Positions 14,722 to 26,859 of a stretch of DNA of 64,000 nucleotides are shown here, one piece after another (positions within the stretch are counted from its first letter, which is position 1; each line of letters opens with the position of its first letter). The notes under the pieces were generated by a model. That model saw only the letters and a program-made list of their open reading frames with translations, was not told the DNA's origin and did not search any database. The stretch comes from Octopus vulgaris (lineage: Eukaryota). The stretch is from NCBI GenBank assembly GCA_951406725.2, contig OX597822.1:42966001-43030000 (forward strand), written 5' to 3'. Position numbers and translations under genes: made by a program.

Positions 14722-15756
14722 GATATGTTTATATAACTATATATAAAATAACGGAATGCGATAACTGAAAATATCTTAAATTTGTGGAACGTAGATCTCA
14801 AAGTGTATATAATCCAAAGGAAGATGGCAACTCTTTGCATACGAACAATTTCATATAACCACCAGAATGGCACAATCTTCAACAGTAACAGCAACAATAG
14901 TTAGCTGGAAATCCTTCATATTTTGTCACAATATTTCCATGTTATCATCTCGTCTTCAGTTCGTCATTTTGAATTTACACTCCGTTTTCGCATAAAAAAG
15001 TGCAGACATGTTTTGTGTAAAAGTTTCTGTTTACTCCACGGACATCTTGAATTTATTTTGAAATGTGTAAATTGTGTGTGTATATGTGTGTGTGTGCGCG
15101 TATGTGCGTATATGTATTTGTATGTGTGTGTGTATGTGCATACACGTATGCGTATGTGTGTATGTTAAAAAATGTGTGTTTATATGTGTTCGTGAATATG
15201 TGAGTATTTATATGTATATGTGTTGTGTTTGGAACTTGGTGTTTCGCGTGATTTTGTGCGTACATGTGTGTGTGTGTATGTGTGTGTGTATGTGCGTGCA
15301 TGCGTGTGTGAGTTGTATGTGGGTGTGCGTTCGATTATGAGCGTTTGCTTCAATATGTGTATGGTTGTATGTGTTTATATTTGTGTGTGTGTGTGTGTGT
15401 GTGCATATGCTTAAGTGTTCGTGTAAGCACACATGTGTATACACATATATACATACGTATCCGCATCTGCGCGCTTGTGTGTAAGTGTGCTTGGCAATGT
15501 GGACGTGTGTGTTCATTGCATATATGGTGTGTGAGTGTTAGTGTGTGAATTAATGTATGCGTTTATATGTGTGTCTACATATGTGTACGTTGGATTTTGT
15601 TTCTTTCCGTTTTGTACGCGTATGTACGTGTGTTAGAGTGTGAGCGTTTGTATGAGTATATAGGTGTGTGTATGTGTGTGTGTGTGTGTATGTGTTTATG
15701 CGTTTGTATAGCACATAAACGCACACATACAGATACAAATACGTCCTATTCTCTGA

Positions 15757-15795
<39 letters not shown>

Positions 15796-16218
15796 TGTGT
15801 GTATGAATGTAAAGGTTTGTTTTTATCGTGTAGACCACAGAAATCTGCCTCCCCCACTCCATTTCTTTCGTTGCTTATATCTTTTTCTTCTTTTCTTTTT
15901 TTTTGTTTCATTTGAATATTAGTTTTTAATTGTAAATATTATTGATTGAAATAATAAAGCTGAAGTAAAAGTGAAAAAAAAAACCCAGAAAGAAAACCAA
16001 AAAAAAAAAAATCAAGTTTGGCGAAGTTCTTTCTATGTTGTAAATCAACATTTGAAATCTGAAAACGTTAAAAACAAATGACGCCATTGGAACGTTTTTG
16101 ACGGCAGACGTTCTCTTTCCCCCTTCTCTCTTTCTCTCTCTCTCTCTCTTTCCTTGTCATCTCTGCTTGTGTGTGTGTGTGTATAAGCGTGCGTGCGTGT
16201 TTCAGTACGCGGTATAGA

Positions 16219-16660
16219 AAGGAGTGGCTGTGTGGTAAGTAGCTTGCTTACCAACCACATGTTCCCGGGTTCAGTCCCATTGCATGGCACCTTGGGAGAG
16301 TGTCTTCTACTATAGCCTCGGGCCGACCAAAGTCTTGTGAGTGGATTTGGCAGGCGGAAACAGAAAGAAGCCCGTCGTATGTATGTATGTATGTATGTAT
16401 GTATGTATGTATGTATGTATGTATGTATGTATGTATGTATGTATGTGTGTGTGTGTGTGTGTGTATATGTGTCGGTGTTTGTCCACCAACCATCGCTTGA
16501 CAACCGATGCCGGTGCGTTTACATTCCCTGTCACTTAGCGGTTCGACAAAAAAGTCCGATAGAATAAGTACTAGGCTTATAAAGAATTAGTCCTGGAGTC
16601 GACTTGTTCGACTGAAGGCGGTGCTCCAGCATGGCCGCAGTCAAAAATATAAAAGAAAAG
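16219..16660 (+). mobile_element. SINE family A, full-length
   Basis: AGGAGTGGCTGTGTGGTAAGTAGCTTGCTTACC head, B-box-like GGTTCAGTCCC, internal (TATG)n(TG)n, family tail. Confidence 0.9.
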
Positions 16661-16721
16661 ACTATATATATATATATATACGTTTGCACGTTGGTATCTG
16701 TCTTTTATATATGTACATTGG

Positions 16722-16808
<87 letters not shown>

Positions 16809-17414
16809 GCATAAATGTATGTATGTATATATATTAAAATTTTGTTGAGATATAGCGTTACAAACAACCAAGTACTAGAACTTAATGTACTTTTTCCTCT
16901 TCAGAATAAAGCGTTGGTCGAGTATAGAGCAGTAATATGAACAATATGAAATTAAATATATGACAAGGGAACAGGATGATGCTTGTGCATCACCTTATAG
17001 CCTTCATTTTAGAAGCTTTGAGGAAACTAGAAGATGATGCACAAACACTCACCTCTGAGAGCACTATTTCTAATGTCAGAAACAGCTGTAAGCTACTGAA
17101 GTTGATTGTGTAATTCTTGTTCTTTTGTCATTTATTTGGATAAAATAAGTCGAAGGCTTGTCTGTGAAACTCGAACCTACATCTGTAAATATGACAGGCG
17201 TTCTACTATTAGAGAAAAGCAATCCGCCGAATTGCTTTGTTCATTTTAAAAACTCTATTCTTACATCGAGAATTATATGTCGTTGACCTCAAAGGAATTT
17301 ATAAAGTTTCGAGAAAATGTGACACAATTCTTGGTTTGAAGGTTGTAAATATTGGCTTTGAAGAGTCCAACGAACAGCCAGGGTTTCTTTTTCTACTGTT
17401 ATTTAAGAAGCATT

Positions 17415-18363
17415 GGCACGGCAGGCCAAATGGCGGTATTTCACTCGTCGCTACATTCTGAGTTCAAATTCCTCCGAGGTCGACTTTGCCTTTCATCCTT
17501 TCGAGGTCGAGTACCAGTGACGTGCTGGGGTCGATGTAATCGACTAGCTCCAACCGCCAAAATTTCAGGCCTTGTAGCTGTAGCACTTCAACTGGTAATT
17601 ATTTTATCGACCCCCGAAAAGATGAAAGGCAAAGTCGACATCGGCGGAATTTGAACTCAAAACGTAATGAAGCATTTCGTCCAGTGTGTTAACGATTCTT
17701 TCAGCTCGCTACCTTGAACCGGGAATAAATATTCTTTTTTACACTAGGCACAAGGCCCCAAATTTTTGGGGAGGGGGCCAGTCGATTAGATCGACACCAG
17801 TACGCAACTGGTACTTAATTTATCGACCCCGAAAGGACGAAAGGCAAAGTCGACCTCGACAGAATTTGAATTCAGAACGTAAAGACACACGAAACAACGC
17901 TAAGCATTTCACCCGACGTGCTGACGTTTCCGCCAGCTTGCCGCCTTCTATATTTCACATATTCTTTTCTACTCTAGGTACAAGGCCCGAAATTTTAGGG
18001 AGGAGCGGGCCAGTCGATTAGATCAACCCCAGTACGCAACTGGTTCTTAATTTATCGACCCCGAAAGGATGAAAGGCAAATTCGACCTCGGCCGAATTTG
18101 AACTCAGAACGTAGCGGCAGACGAAATACCTATTTCTTTACTACCCACAAGGGCTAAACACAGAGAGGACAAACAAGGACAGACAAACGGATTAAGTCGA
18201 TTACATCGACCCCAGTGCGTACATGGTACTTAATTTATCGACCCCGAAAGGATGAAAGGCAAAGTCGATCTCGGTAGAATTTTAACTCAGAACATAAAGA
18301 CAGACGAAATACTGCTAAGCATCTCGCCCGGCGTGCTAACGTTTCTGCCAGCTCGCCGCCTTA
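17415..18363. mobile_element. Cluster of SINE family B copies (one plus, three minus; 17960-18363 is an X+Y dimer)
   Basis: Repeated GTCGACTTTGCCTTTCATCCTTTCGGGGTCGAT core and AAGGCGGCGAGCTGGCAG head. Confidence 0.85.
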
Positions 18364-18803
18364 GCTGGGATAAACAATACCTGTTGGTATTAATGCAGCC
18401 TTTGTTGTTATTAATTATTTTAAGAACTTAATTATCATTTACTACAGAGCTGCCACAACGTTGATTGCAAACGGAGGAAGTACATAATTTTTAATGAACT
18501 GAATACATCATCGCCGCTTTATAATTAATGCTTTTTAATGTTTGTATTAAATACTTCTAAGTTATTTAAATGTTTCGTATTCTCATAATACATCAGTTTT
18601 TAAAACAAAAGTATTGCTAATACCTTGTTATATATTAAAATTAATGTATTTTTAATGTTGTTCCTAATTAGATACTTATAAATTACTGAATGATTTGTTT
18701 TCTTTCTTTGCTTGTAATACATGTGAGACTTCGCTTTTGTTTTTGATGTTTGAAGAAAACGATTATATATATTTATATAAGCTATATGTATACACACATG
18801 CAC

Positions 18804-18834
<31 letters not shown>

Positions 18835-18872
18835 TGTATGTATGTATGTATGTATGTATGTATGTATGTATA

Positions 18873-18925
<53 letters not shown>

Positions 18926-19019
18926 CATCTTCATTTCAGTTGAACAAAGACATGCACAACATATATTTGCTGAATGTTAAGAATAATACACACTCACCCA
19001 CTCATACAGACTCAGACAT

Positions 19020-19062
<43 letters not shown>

Positions 19063-19129
19063 TGTCAGAAATTATATGCAGTCTTGTTTTTGTAATTTAT
19101 TAAAACAAAAGCAAGCGTTGGACAATTCC

Positions 19130-19260
19130 ATCATTTTTATCGACATAGTCTCTCTGCTATTCGATACAACTTCTTCCAGCGGTTCATGGAGAAGAAGGTT
19201 TTTGGCTGGTCGCGAATTGTACCACTTCCTGCGCTTCGTCATCCGTAGCAAATCAACGAC
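19130..19260 (-). mobile_element. Mariner transposase C-terminal remnant
   Basis: FATDDEAQEVV / RDQPKTFFSMNRWKK / DYV across frameshifts. Confidence 0.55.
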
Positions 19261-19352
19261 CTAGAACTATGTGGTTGGGAGGCATACTTCTTGCCACATA
19301 GCCACGCCTATTCTGTCTAATTTTTAAAATATATCCTTTATTTATCTAATAG

Positions 19353-20170
19353 CAGTCCTGGGTATGGCTATCAACTACATCCGGTAGAGGGACCCTGGGC
19401 CCTGGTTTCAGGGTTTGAGAAGTCTGGAACCACCTCTTAGCCACTATTGTTCCCATGTCTACACTGGTGTCAGAGTAGACCTATTGTTCCCAGGTGCCTA
19501 ACAGGTGTCAGAGTGGTGGCACCTGTAAGGGTCCCAGCTGTGGGTTAACCAGCAAACCCACCCCCTGAGACTGGGTGGAGGGATCGGTAGAATGCAGTCG
19601 CCGTATTCCTTGCGTGGCGTAAAAGGCGACTAAAATGGGCTGAAGCGAGGGGACTGGGAATCCTCTCCTCCTAGTAAGTCTATATTCCTAAAAAGGCAGC
19701 AAGAAAAAGACAAGGGGGTGGGAAAAGGTTAACACTGAACCTCATCCTAGTATTAGCGTCATGGAATGTGCGTGGGTGTAGTACAAGTGAGGTAAAGAAG
19801 AGAGAGATAGTGAGTGTGATGATGAGGAGAAGGATGGATGGAGTGAGGAGAGCTTTGGTAGTTAGAGGTGTTGGAGTGTGAGTGGCAAGGGAGTTTATAA
19901 ACAATAGGAAAGTTTGGAGAGTGTTTGTGAATGGATGAGTGAATTTTGATGTTGCCCAAAGGGGTACAGAACCAGCATGATGCGGCAGTGTAAACCAGCA
20001 TATGCTGTCGGGCCCCGCTGCTGATATTAGGGGTTGCATTCTATGCCTTGATCCGAGCATAGAATGGGGCTCGTCCCTTTGGGCTGGGAAACAAATGGAA
20101 TGCCTGGTGTGTGTGTGTCTTGTTGTGGCTACCCTCCCCTAAAAAAGGGGGAATAAACCTGGGTATATGG
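19353..20170 (+). mobile_element. Internally deleted RTE-type LINE derivative (5'UTR and APE N-terminus fused to the 3' end)
   Basis: RTE-like 5'UTR hairpin GTCGCC..GGCGTAAAAGGCGACTAA; LASWNVRGCSTSEVKKREI (APE motif I); then NRKVWRVFV-type C-terminus. Confidence 0.6.
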
Positions 20171-20354
20171 CCATATGGATCTGTCTAATTGCACCCAAGC
20201 GCTCAGTAAATTTATATAAGGCGTCCTCAAATTTATTTTCTCCAAGTTTTTTAAAAAAATGGATATTTTAAAATGAAAATTTCTACAAATACTTTTGAGA
20301 CGATTATGTTGATCTCGAAAGGATGAACGGCTAAGTTGACTCAAAAGTATTTAT

Positions 20355-20734
20355 TCTTGAACTTTTTTACTTATTTCAGTCATGTGACTGCGGCGATGCT
20401 GGAGCACTGCCTTTAGTCAAATAAGACTCCAGGACTTATTCTTTGTAAGCCTAGTACTTATTCTATCGGGCTCTTTTTGCCGAACAGCTAATTTACGGGG
20501 ACGTAAACACACCAACGTCTGTTGTCAAGCGATGGTGGGGGAACAAATACAGACACATACACACAAACACACACACAGACACAGACATATGCACGACGGG
20601 CTTCTCTCAGTTTCCGTCTACCAAATCCACTGACAAGGCTTTGGTCGACGCGAGGCTATAGTAGGAGACACTTGCCCAGGATGGTACGCAGTGGGTCTGA
20701 ACCCGGAATCATGTGGTTAGTAAGCAAGCTTCTT
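20355..20734 (-). mobile_element. SINE family A body; its head is displaced to 23350-23383
   Basis: The body stops at the target AAGAAGCTTGCTT; the missing head GGCGCAGGAGTGGCGTGTGCTAAGAAGTTTGCTT lies 2.6 kb away in the same orientation. Confidence 0.85.
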
Positions 20735-23349
20735 TATTTCATTACATTTGCCATAAAGGCTGTACATAGAGTAAAGCAGCTTTGCGGGCTGGACAAGGAC
20801 ATTAATGAAATGAATGATAATGAAAGAAAGATAAGGATGGGAGAAGACAAAAAGCGCCCGCCAACTTCTGCTCCTCTGATATATTGTACTTTAAAACCAA
20901 ACATAAAACGAGGTATTAAACCTCTTACAACTTTTACAACTTCTCAATTTTTGGACTTAGCAGTCTATTACAAACAACAACATAGATCAATAATTACATA
21001 TAATATATATAAATACAATACACAAAGCCCCTCCTCCCAGACCTGGCTTACGCTTCCCTTAGGCAATGCACCAGCCCTAGGTCGGGGCCCCAGGTGTATC
21101 TAAACATGTCCTTTGAGAAGGTGTTCATTACCCTGACCATAGCGACATCCGATATGACCTTCGTAGTCACCTGCGAAGGCCACTCCTCGTCCTGTGTCCA
21201 GGGCATGGGCTCCTCCCTCCAGGAAGCAAGCTTTTTTATTTTATCAAATTGGCCATGGAGGCCCTACACTTAGATAAAAATCAAAAAGTCAATCAAGCAT
21301 CCAAAATACATTATCACTTTTCCCTTCCTCCTCTTTCCGGACCCCCAGTCAAATATCTAGCCGCCTGCAGAGCAGACCACGTTGACAGCCGGGAGTTCAG
21401 AAAGAAGGCGAAGTGCCTACTATCAAATGTTTGTATCACACAGTGCCATAATTTATAACTCACCCTCAACATCACTTGTGCCCGCATCCTCCGCCATCCT
21501 CCACGCCTCATTCAAGATCGAAGCGGGTTCCGTGTCGGCGTCGCCCGGGTACAAGCGATATTCCTCATTGAGCCCCTTCAGCCTAAACGTCACGTCAAAC
21601 GTTATGACCTCCACAGCTATCTGCGGAGGCTATTCAGGATCCTGTGTGAAGGCTAAAGGTGCTCTCTTATGGTGCTTTTCCACCACCTTTTCAACCTCTC
21701 CGCCTCTATAGAAGAAGACAAATAATTCGTCTTCCTCCGGGGGTGGGATATCCAATTCTTCCGTTGGCGGCACAGTTCCTGCCAATGGTGTTTCTTCTCC
21801 TGCCGGTGGCACAACCCCAACCGACGTAGTTCCGGGACATTCCGGTACTACGTCACCGACTGCCGGCATTGTCCCGTTTCTCTTCCTCTTTTTTTTCTTT
21901 TCAACTGAGGAAGGGTGCGTCTCCTCCGTGACCGGGAGATTCGCCTTCCGCTCCTCATCCTTAGGATCCTTCGGTGAGCACCCATTGTTGCTCACCTTCA
22001 TCCTCTGGCGGCCCCTGTTTGAGGAGCCCTCCACCTCCTCGGCCGCCTTCATTCCCTCTTCTACAGAGGTCTCACTCAACAACTCTTATTTTGTTCCTGG
22101 GGACAGTTTTTCTTTATATGGCCGGACTCCAGGCACCAATGACACCTGGGGGGGGGGGACCCTCAAGAATCACCGGGTCCCTGCACCCGGCCATTTTCAA
22201 AAAATCTGGAAAAACCAGATTGGCTGAGTGGGTCCAAAGGGTCAAAACAGCTTTTGACCCAACCCAATCAGCCGCAGGAAGAACTTTCACATTAAGAAGC
22301 TTGGTCCCATTGCTACCCAGAACCCGGCGGATATTCTTCTCTATCCACTCGGGTTTTTTCCCGGGTGGCAACCCGCAGACCCAAGCTTTCGTCAACCTCC
22401 TCCCACAATACGTGGGGAGAAAAAAAAAATTTCGTCACCCTCCAAGGGCTGACTCGCAAATTTGTGAGTCATTTCAGGGGTGTCAAATAGCAACCACACC
22501 GTTGCGTATTTGACACTCCTGGAAATGAATTTAATTGTTGGCAAATACTCTGCCAACTCCTTTTCAATTGCTGTCTTTTCGAATAGGGCGATGGTGTCGA
22601 GTGACTTGAAGTAGGTTCTCAACAGCACCGTTCTATCTTCACTGTCTTTCAACCACTTTTTGTGCGGTATAATCTCCCACTCCAAAACCTTATCTTTTTT
22701 TCATTGCCATGTTTCCCTTTTTTTAAAAAATATGTTCAAAATAAAACTTAAAAAGAGAGGAGAGAAAAGAAATCAAAAGAAATACACAATAACCAAAAAG
22801 AAGAAAGTCAAATAAAGTTTAGAAGAAAGAAAGTCAATAGTTCAGAAACACAGCAAATAAAATCTTCCGGCCATTCGGTACTCCCGGCCTAGGTTGAACC
22901 CGAAACGCCACAACTGGAACACAACTTCCACAAAAATTGATATGCAAATTGTTCAATCTTCGGAGGCAAAGACACTCCCTCAAATAGCAGTTTTCACAAT
23001 TATTTTAAAATTCTTCAAAAGGCACAATACTCCTTCAAGCAACAATTCTCATAATTAAGTGAGAAAAATATTCACTCAACATAAACTGGAGATGAATACG
23101 CCCCAAACAAAAATTCTCACAATTCAGCGAGAAAAAATATTCGCTCCATGCAGGCAGAACCAGAATTCTGAATCCAGTAGGACTTCCTACCTGTACAAAA
23201 ACAATTCTCAACAAAAATTCCCACTGGACCCCAAAAGCAGAATCTTACCTTACAATGGAGCTTCAAAATGTTTCAATTCGAGACGGCTTCAAAAGCATGT
23301 CTTACCGCTTTGGTGCCGAACACCACAATTATTCGCACATGCGTAGTGG
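20735..23349 (-). mobile_element. ORF1-only (RT-less) Tx1/L1-related retroelement, copy 1, inserted in a SINE A head
   Basis: 13-bp TSD at 20722-20734 and 23350-23362 (12/13); homologous to 59951-61871; no endonuclease or RT coding sequence. Confidence 0.8.
21453..22710 (-). pseudogene. Gag-like ORF1 (RRM-like region and CCHC knuckle), frameshifted, with an internal stop
   Basis: ORF pieces 22685-22392, 22395-22114 and 22082-21630 align with the 60267-61558 protein; TGG>TAG at 21632-21630. Confidence 0.8.
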
Positions 23350-23584
23350 AAGCAAACTTCTTAGCACACGCCACTCCTGCGCCAATAATTTCATTTGGAA
23401 ATGTAGAAAATTTCATTAAAAATATCCATTTTTCATCATCCGATCGAGCTTATTCGATATTATGAACCTGCACGGGCCATTCATCTCGGTCTTGCATTAG
23501 TCTAAGGAAGTCTTTGGGGGAGGCATCCAGTGTCCCTGGGGGGAGGGTGTTGATCTATAAACGTTGTGTTCGGACAACCTGTTC

Positions 23585-23735
23585 GAGTGTGGCCATGCTT
23601 AGGCACCCATAGTAGTAGGCCACTTGCCAGCTCTTGTTCAGTTCGCCAGCTGGAACAAGTATAAGAACAGGAGCAAGAACAACGATTACAAGATAAAGTC
23701 GGCTTTGGTGGGATTGAACCCAGGACCTAAAGAGC
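23585..23735 (-). mobile_element. Degenerate SINE with B box and GGTGCCTAAGCATGGCCAC tail
   Basis: GGTTCAATCCC B box; tail related to the family A tail. Confidence 0.45.
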
Positions 23736-24359
23736 CGAATCAACAACAACAATGATAATGATTTGCAACTTGTGCACAAAGCCAGCGAGAAGAGAAGAGG
23801 CGGTGAGAGGATATCATTGATCTCAGCCCATTACAAGCACGATATTTTATCGATCTCGAAGGGATGAAAGGCAAATGTCGATCTTGACGGGAATTAAATT
23901 CAGAAAGTAAAGAACCACCACCACCACCACCACCACCACCACCACCATCACCTGCAGCCGTAGCAGCAACACTACTATCTCCGCCGCCGCCGCCACAATC
24001 ACTGCCCGTCACCGTCGCCACTACCTCCATCACCTCAACAATGACAACAGCAGAAATACAATATATCCTATAAGGGTGGGGCGGGTGGGGGCGAGGGCAC
24101 CGAATGAAGTAAATTTGCATTGTCTATAGTCTAAAGGCAAACATAATGACATGAAGGAATTAAAAATCGGTAAACACAATTCCAAGACTTATATAAGAAA
24201 AACAACAGGCGGTGTTGTCCCTTATTCTTCTCATCTAAATATAGTATAGCTACCTGGTGTTTTATTACTAACTGTTTTAGAATTATATATGTATATTGAA
24301 TTTTTCATTTCATTGTGACGTTGTTTTGCCCGTAGACGGCAGACAATATAATCGACTTA

Positions 24360-24413
<54 letters not shown>

Positions 24414-24599
24414 TGCTTGTATGTATATACTTCCATCTTTTTCCTTTTTGTAATTCGGAGGGGTAACTACCTTATACATATATAAATGCATAATAAGGAT
24501 GATGATGATATGACGATCATAATGATGATGATGATGATGATAATAATAATAATAATAATAATAATAACATCAACAACAACAATAATAATAATAATAGTT

Positions 24600-24990
24600 T
24601 CAAGTTTTGTCACAATTTTTTTTTTGGGGGGTGGGGGAAGAATCGGTTACATCGACCCAGTGTGTAACAGGTACTTAATTTATCGACCCCCGAAAGGATG
24701 GAAAGCAATGTCGACCTTGGCTGAATTTGAACTTAAAACGTACCGGCAGACGAAATACCTATTTCTTTATTACCCACAAGGGGCTAAACACAGAGGGAAC
24801 AAACAAGGACAGACATAGGTATTAAGTCGATTACATCGACCCCAGTTCGTAACTAGTACTTAATTTATCGACCCCGAAAGGATGAAAGGCAAAGTCGACC
24901 TCGGCGGAATTTGAACTCACAACGTAACGCAGACGAAATACCGCTAAGCATTTCGCCCGGCGTGCTAACGTTTCTGCCAGCTCGCCGCCT
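24600..24990 (-). mobile_element. SINE family B, X+Y dimer
   Basis: Head at 24990; internal junction AAAGAAATA|GGTATTTCGTC at 24760/24759. Confidence 0.85.
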
Positions 24991-25147
24991 AAACAACAAC
25001 AACAACAACAACAATAATAATAATAATAATAACAATATTAACAACAACAACAACAACAACAACAACAACTATAATAATAATAATAATAATAATATTAATA
25101 ATAATAATATTAATAATAATAATAATAATGAATGATGATGATGATGA

Positions 25148-26290
25148 TTCTTTCTTTATTAGCCACAAGAACCATGATAATATTCAGGACGTTAAACAGG
25201 CAAGAACTGGGAATTTTCAAAAACAATTGTTTCCCCAAATAAACAAAACAAAAAAAAAAAACAATAACAATTAGCAAAGTAATTCTAAAATCAAAATTCC
25301 CATATAAGGATGGGTGGATGGTATAATCCACCCGGGTGTAACCAAGTCGCTCCACATATCCCCGGTCACCCTGTTCATCGGTAGTGCCATGGCAAGTATT
25401 TTTCTCCCCATACTTTCAGTTAACAGACCAGTACTTAGAGTAGATGCAAACTCTTGGGTCATTCTCGCTACATTCAGCCATCTTTTTACAAATTTATTTG
25501 GGCGGCAACACCACCTTCTCCATCCTCACTTTCCTTTCCAAGCTGAATTAAAAAAAAGTTGAAGAGGGTTTGGTCGAAAAGGAGGGTGTCTGTTTTCAGC
25601 CCTTTCAGCCGTTCCACCATCTAAAACAATAGTTCTCAACCGGAGGTCATACGGCTCCCGAGGGTCCATATAAGATTTTTTGGGGTTCACATAACAAAAT
25701 AATAAATTGGGATCCACAGTAGTATTTTAAGGGGCCCCTGAAAAAATGTTCCTTTACATGTATGTATTGGTATGTATTGCAAGAAACAGCTGGGTTTCTT
25801 TCTCTAACATTTTACATAATTCAACCTACACAAGTTAAAGGGGGAAAAATAAAATAGTAATTTTGAAAGAAATATTTCTAAAACTAGTTTTTAAACATCG
25901 AATGGCTATGGAGGCCCACCAGAATAAAATAGTAATCGAAGGGGTCCATAGGTAAAAAATGGTATAAAAACCTTTCGCCAGCCCACCAAATAGAGGAAAG
26001 CTGTCGGCTCTTCTCGGTTAAAAGAAGGTAGTGTGATGATCTTCACAATGGAATTGACCGATACCCAGATCCGTCCTCAATTGCTGTTCGATATTATTTT
26101 ATAAGCTGGCAATGCTCGAGCGTTGTTCGAACGTGTGCAGGTCAGTTTCGTCGTTCTACGCACATTTCAAGCATGCCCAGCTGACGGCACTACGATGCCT
26201 ATAGAGTTTATCCAGAACTGGTAATGTCTCCAGGAAGGATATGGAATTCTGGAAATTATCCATGGATCACGGTCTGAATGTCTTTGGAAA
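25148..26290 (-). mobile_element. 3' part of a Tx1/L1-like LINE ORF2 and 3'UTR, interrupted by a hAT-like MITE
   Basis: LPVLDKLYRH..CLKC..ET..H (zf-RVT/CCHC region) and KFVKRWLNVARM; ends CTTGTGGCTAATAAAGAAAG. Confidence 0.65.
25627..25975. mobile_element. hAT-like non-autonomous element
   Basis: Left end CAATAGTTCTCAACC (compare CAGTGGTTCTCAACC); repeated GGGTCC subterminal motifs; right end degraded. Confidence 0.55.
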
Positions 26291-26859
26291 GAACCACATA
26301 GTTGATTGTCATCGAGATTCTTCAAGTTGTTCGTCAAGTCTTCCTAGTTCTTATCCACCTAGAGGTCAGGGCCAAACCAAACCAAACCGCGAGTAATTTA
26401 ATCAGTCTTCTGCCCTGCGCTCTACGATGCTGTTGGATGGCGCGGATCTTCCTGCTCAGGTTCAGACTTGCAGGCCCAAAGACTTCGCCTGGTTTATTTC
26501 TGCTCCTGCCACAGCCTCGTATTCTTTTACAGTAGTGCCAACCACCTTTGCTTCTGTCCACGTCCAAAACCATCAACTTACCATTCAGGACAAAGATGAT
26601 CGTGCATATCTTGCAGAATGGATTTCAGTGCCTGTCTCGACGGCTAGTCATGATTCTCGGTACGAGAGGTGGAGTGTTGCGAAAAGCTGATAACAGCCAC
26701 GTACACGCAGGAAACGATGGTTTGGCCGCATTGCGAGCAAGTTTCATGGTGTGGATGATCGGCTCTTCGATCTCCACTTTTACATGCAGCCAGACTTGTT
26801 TAGAGACCCTTTATCAGATATCTACCGAAATTGAAAGCAAAATGGGAGCCCCCGTTCTA

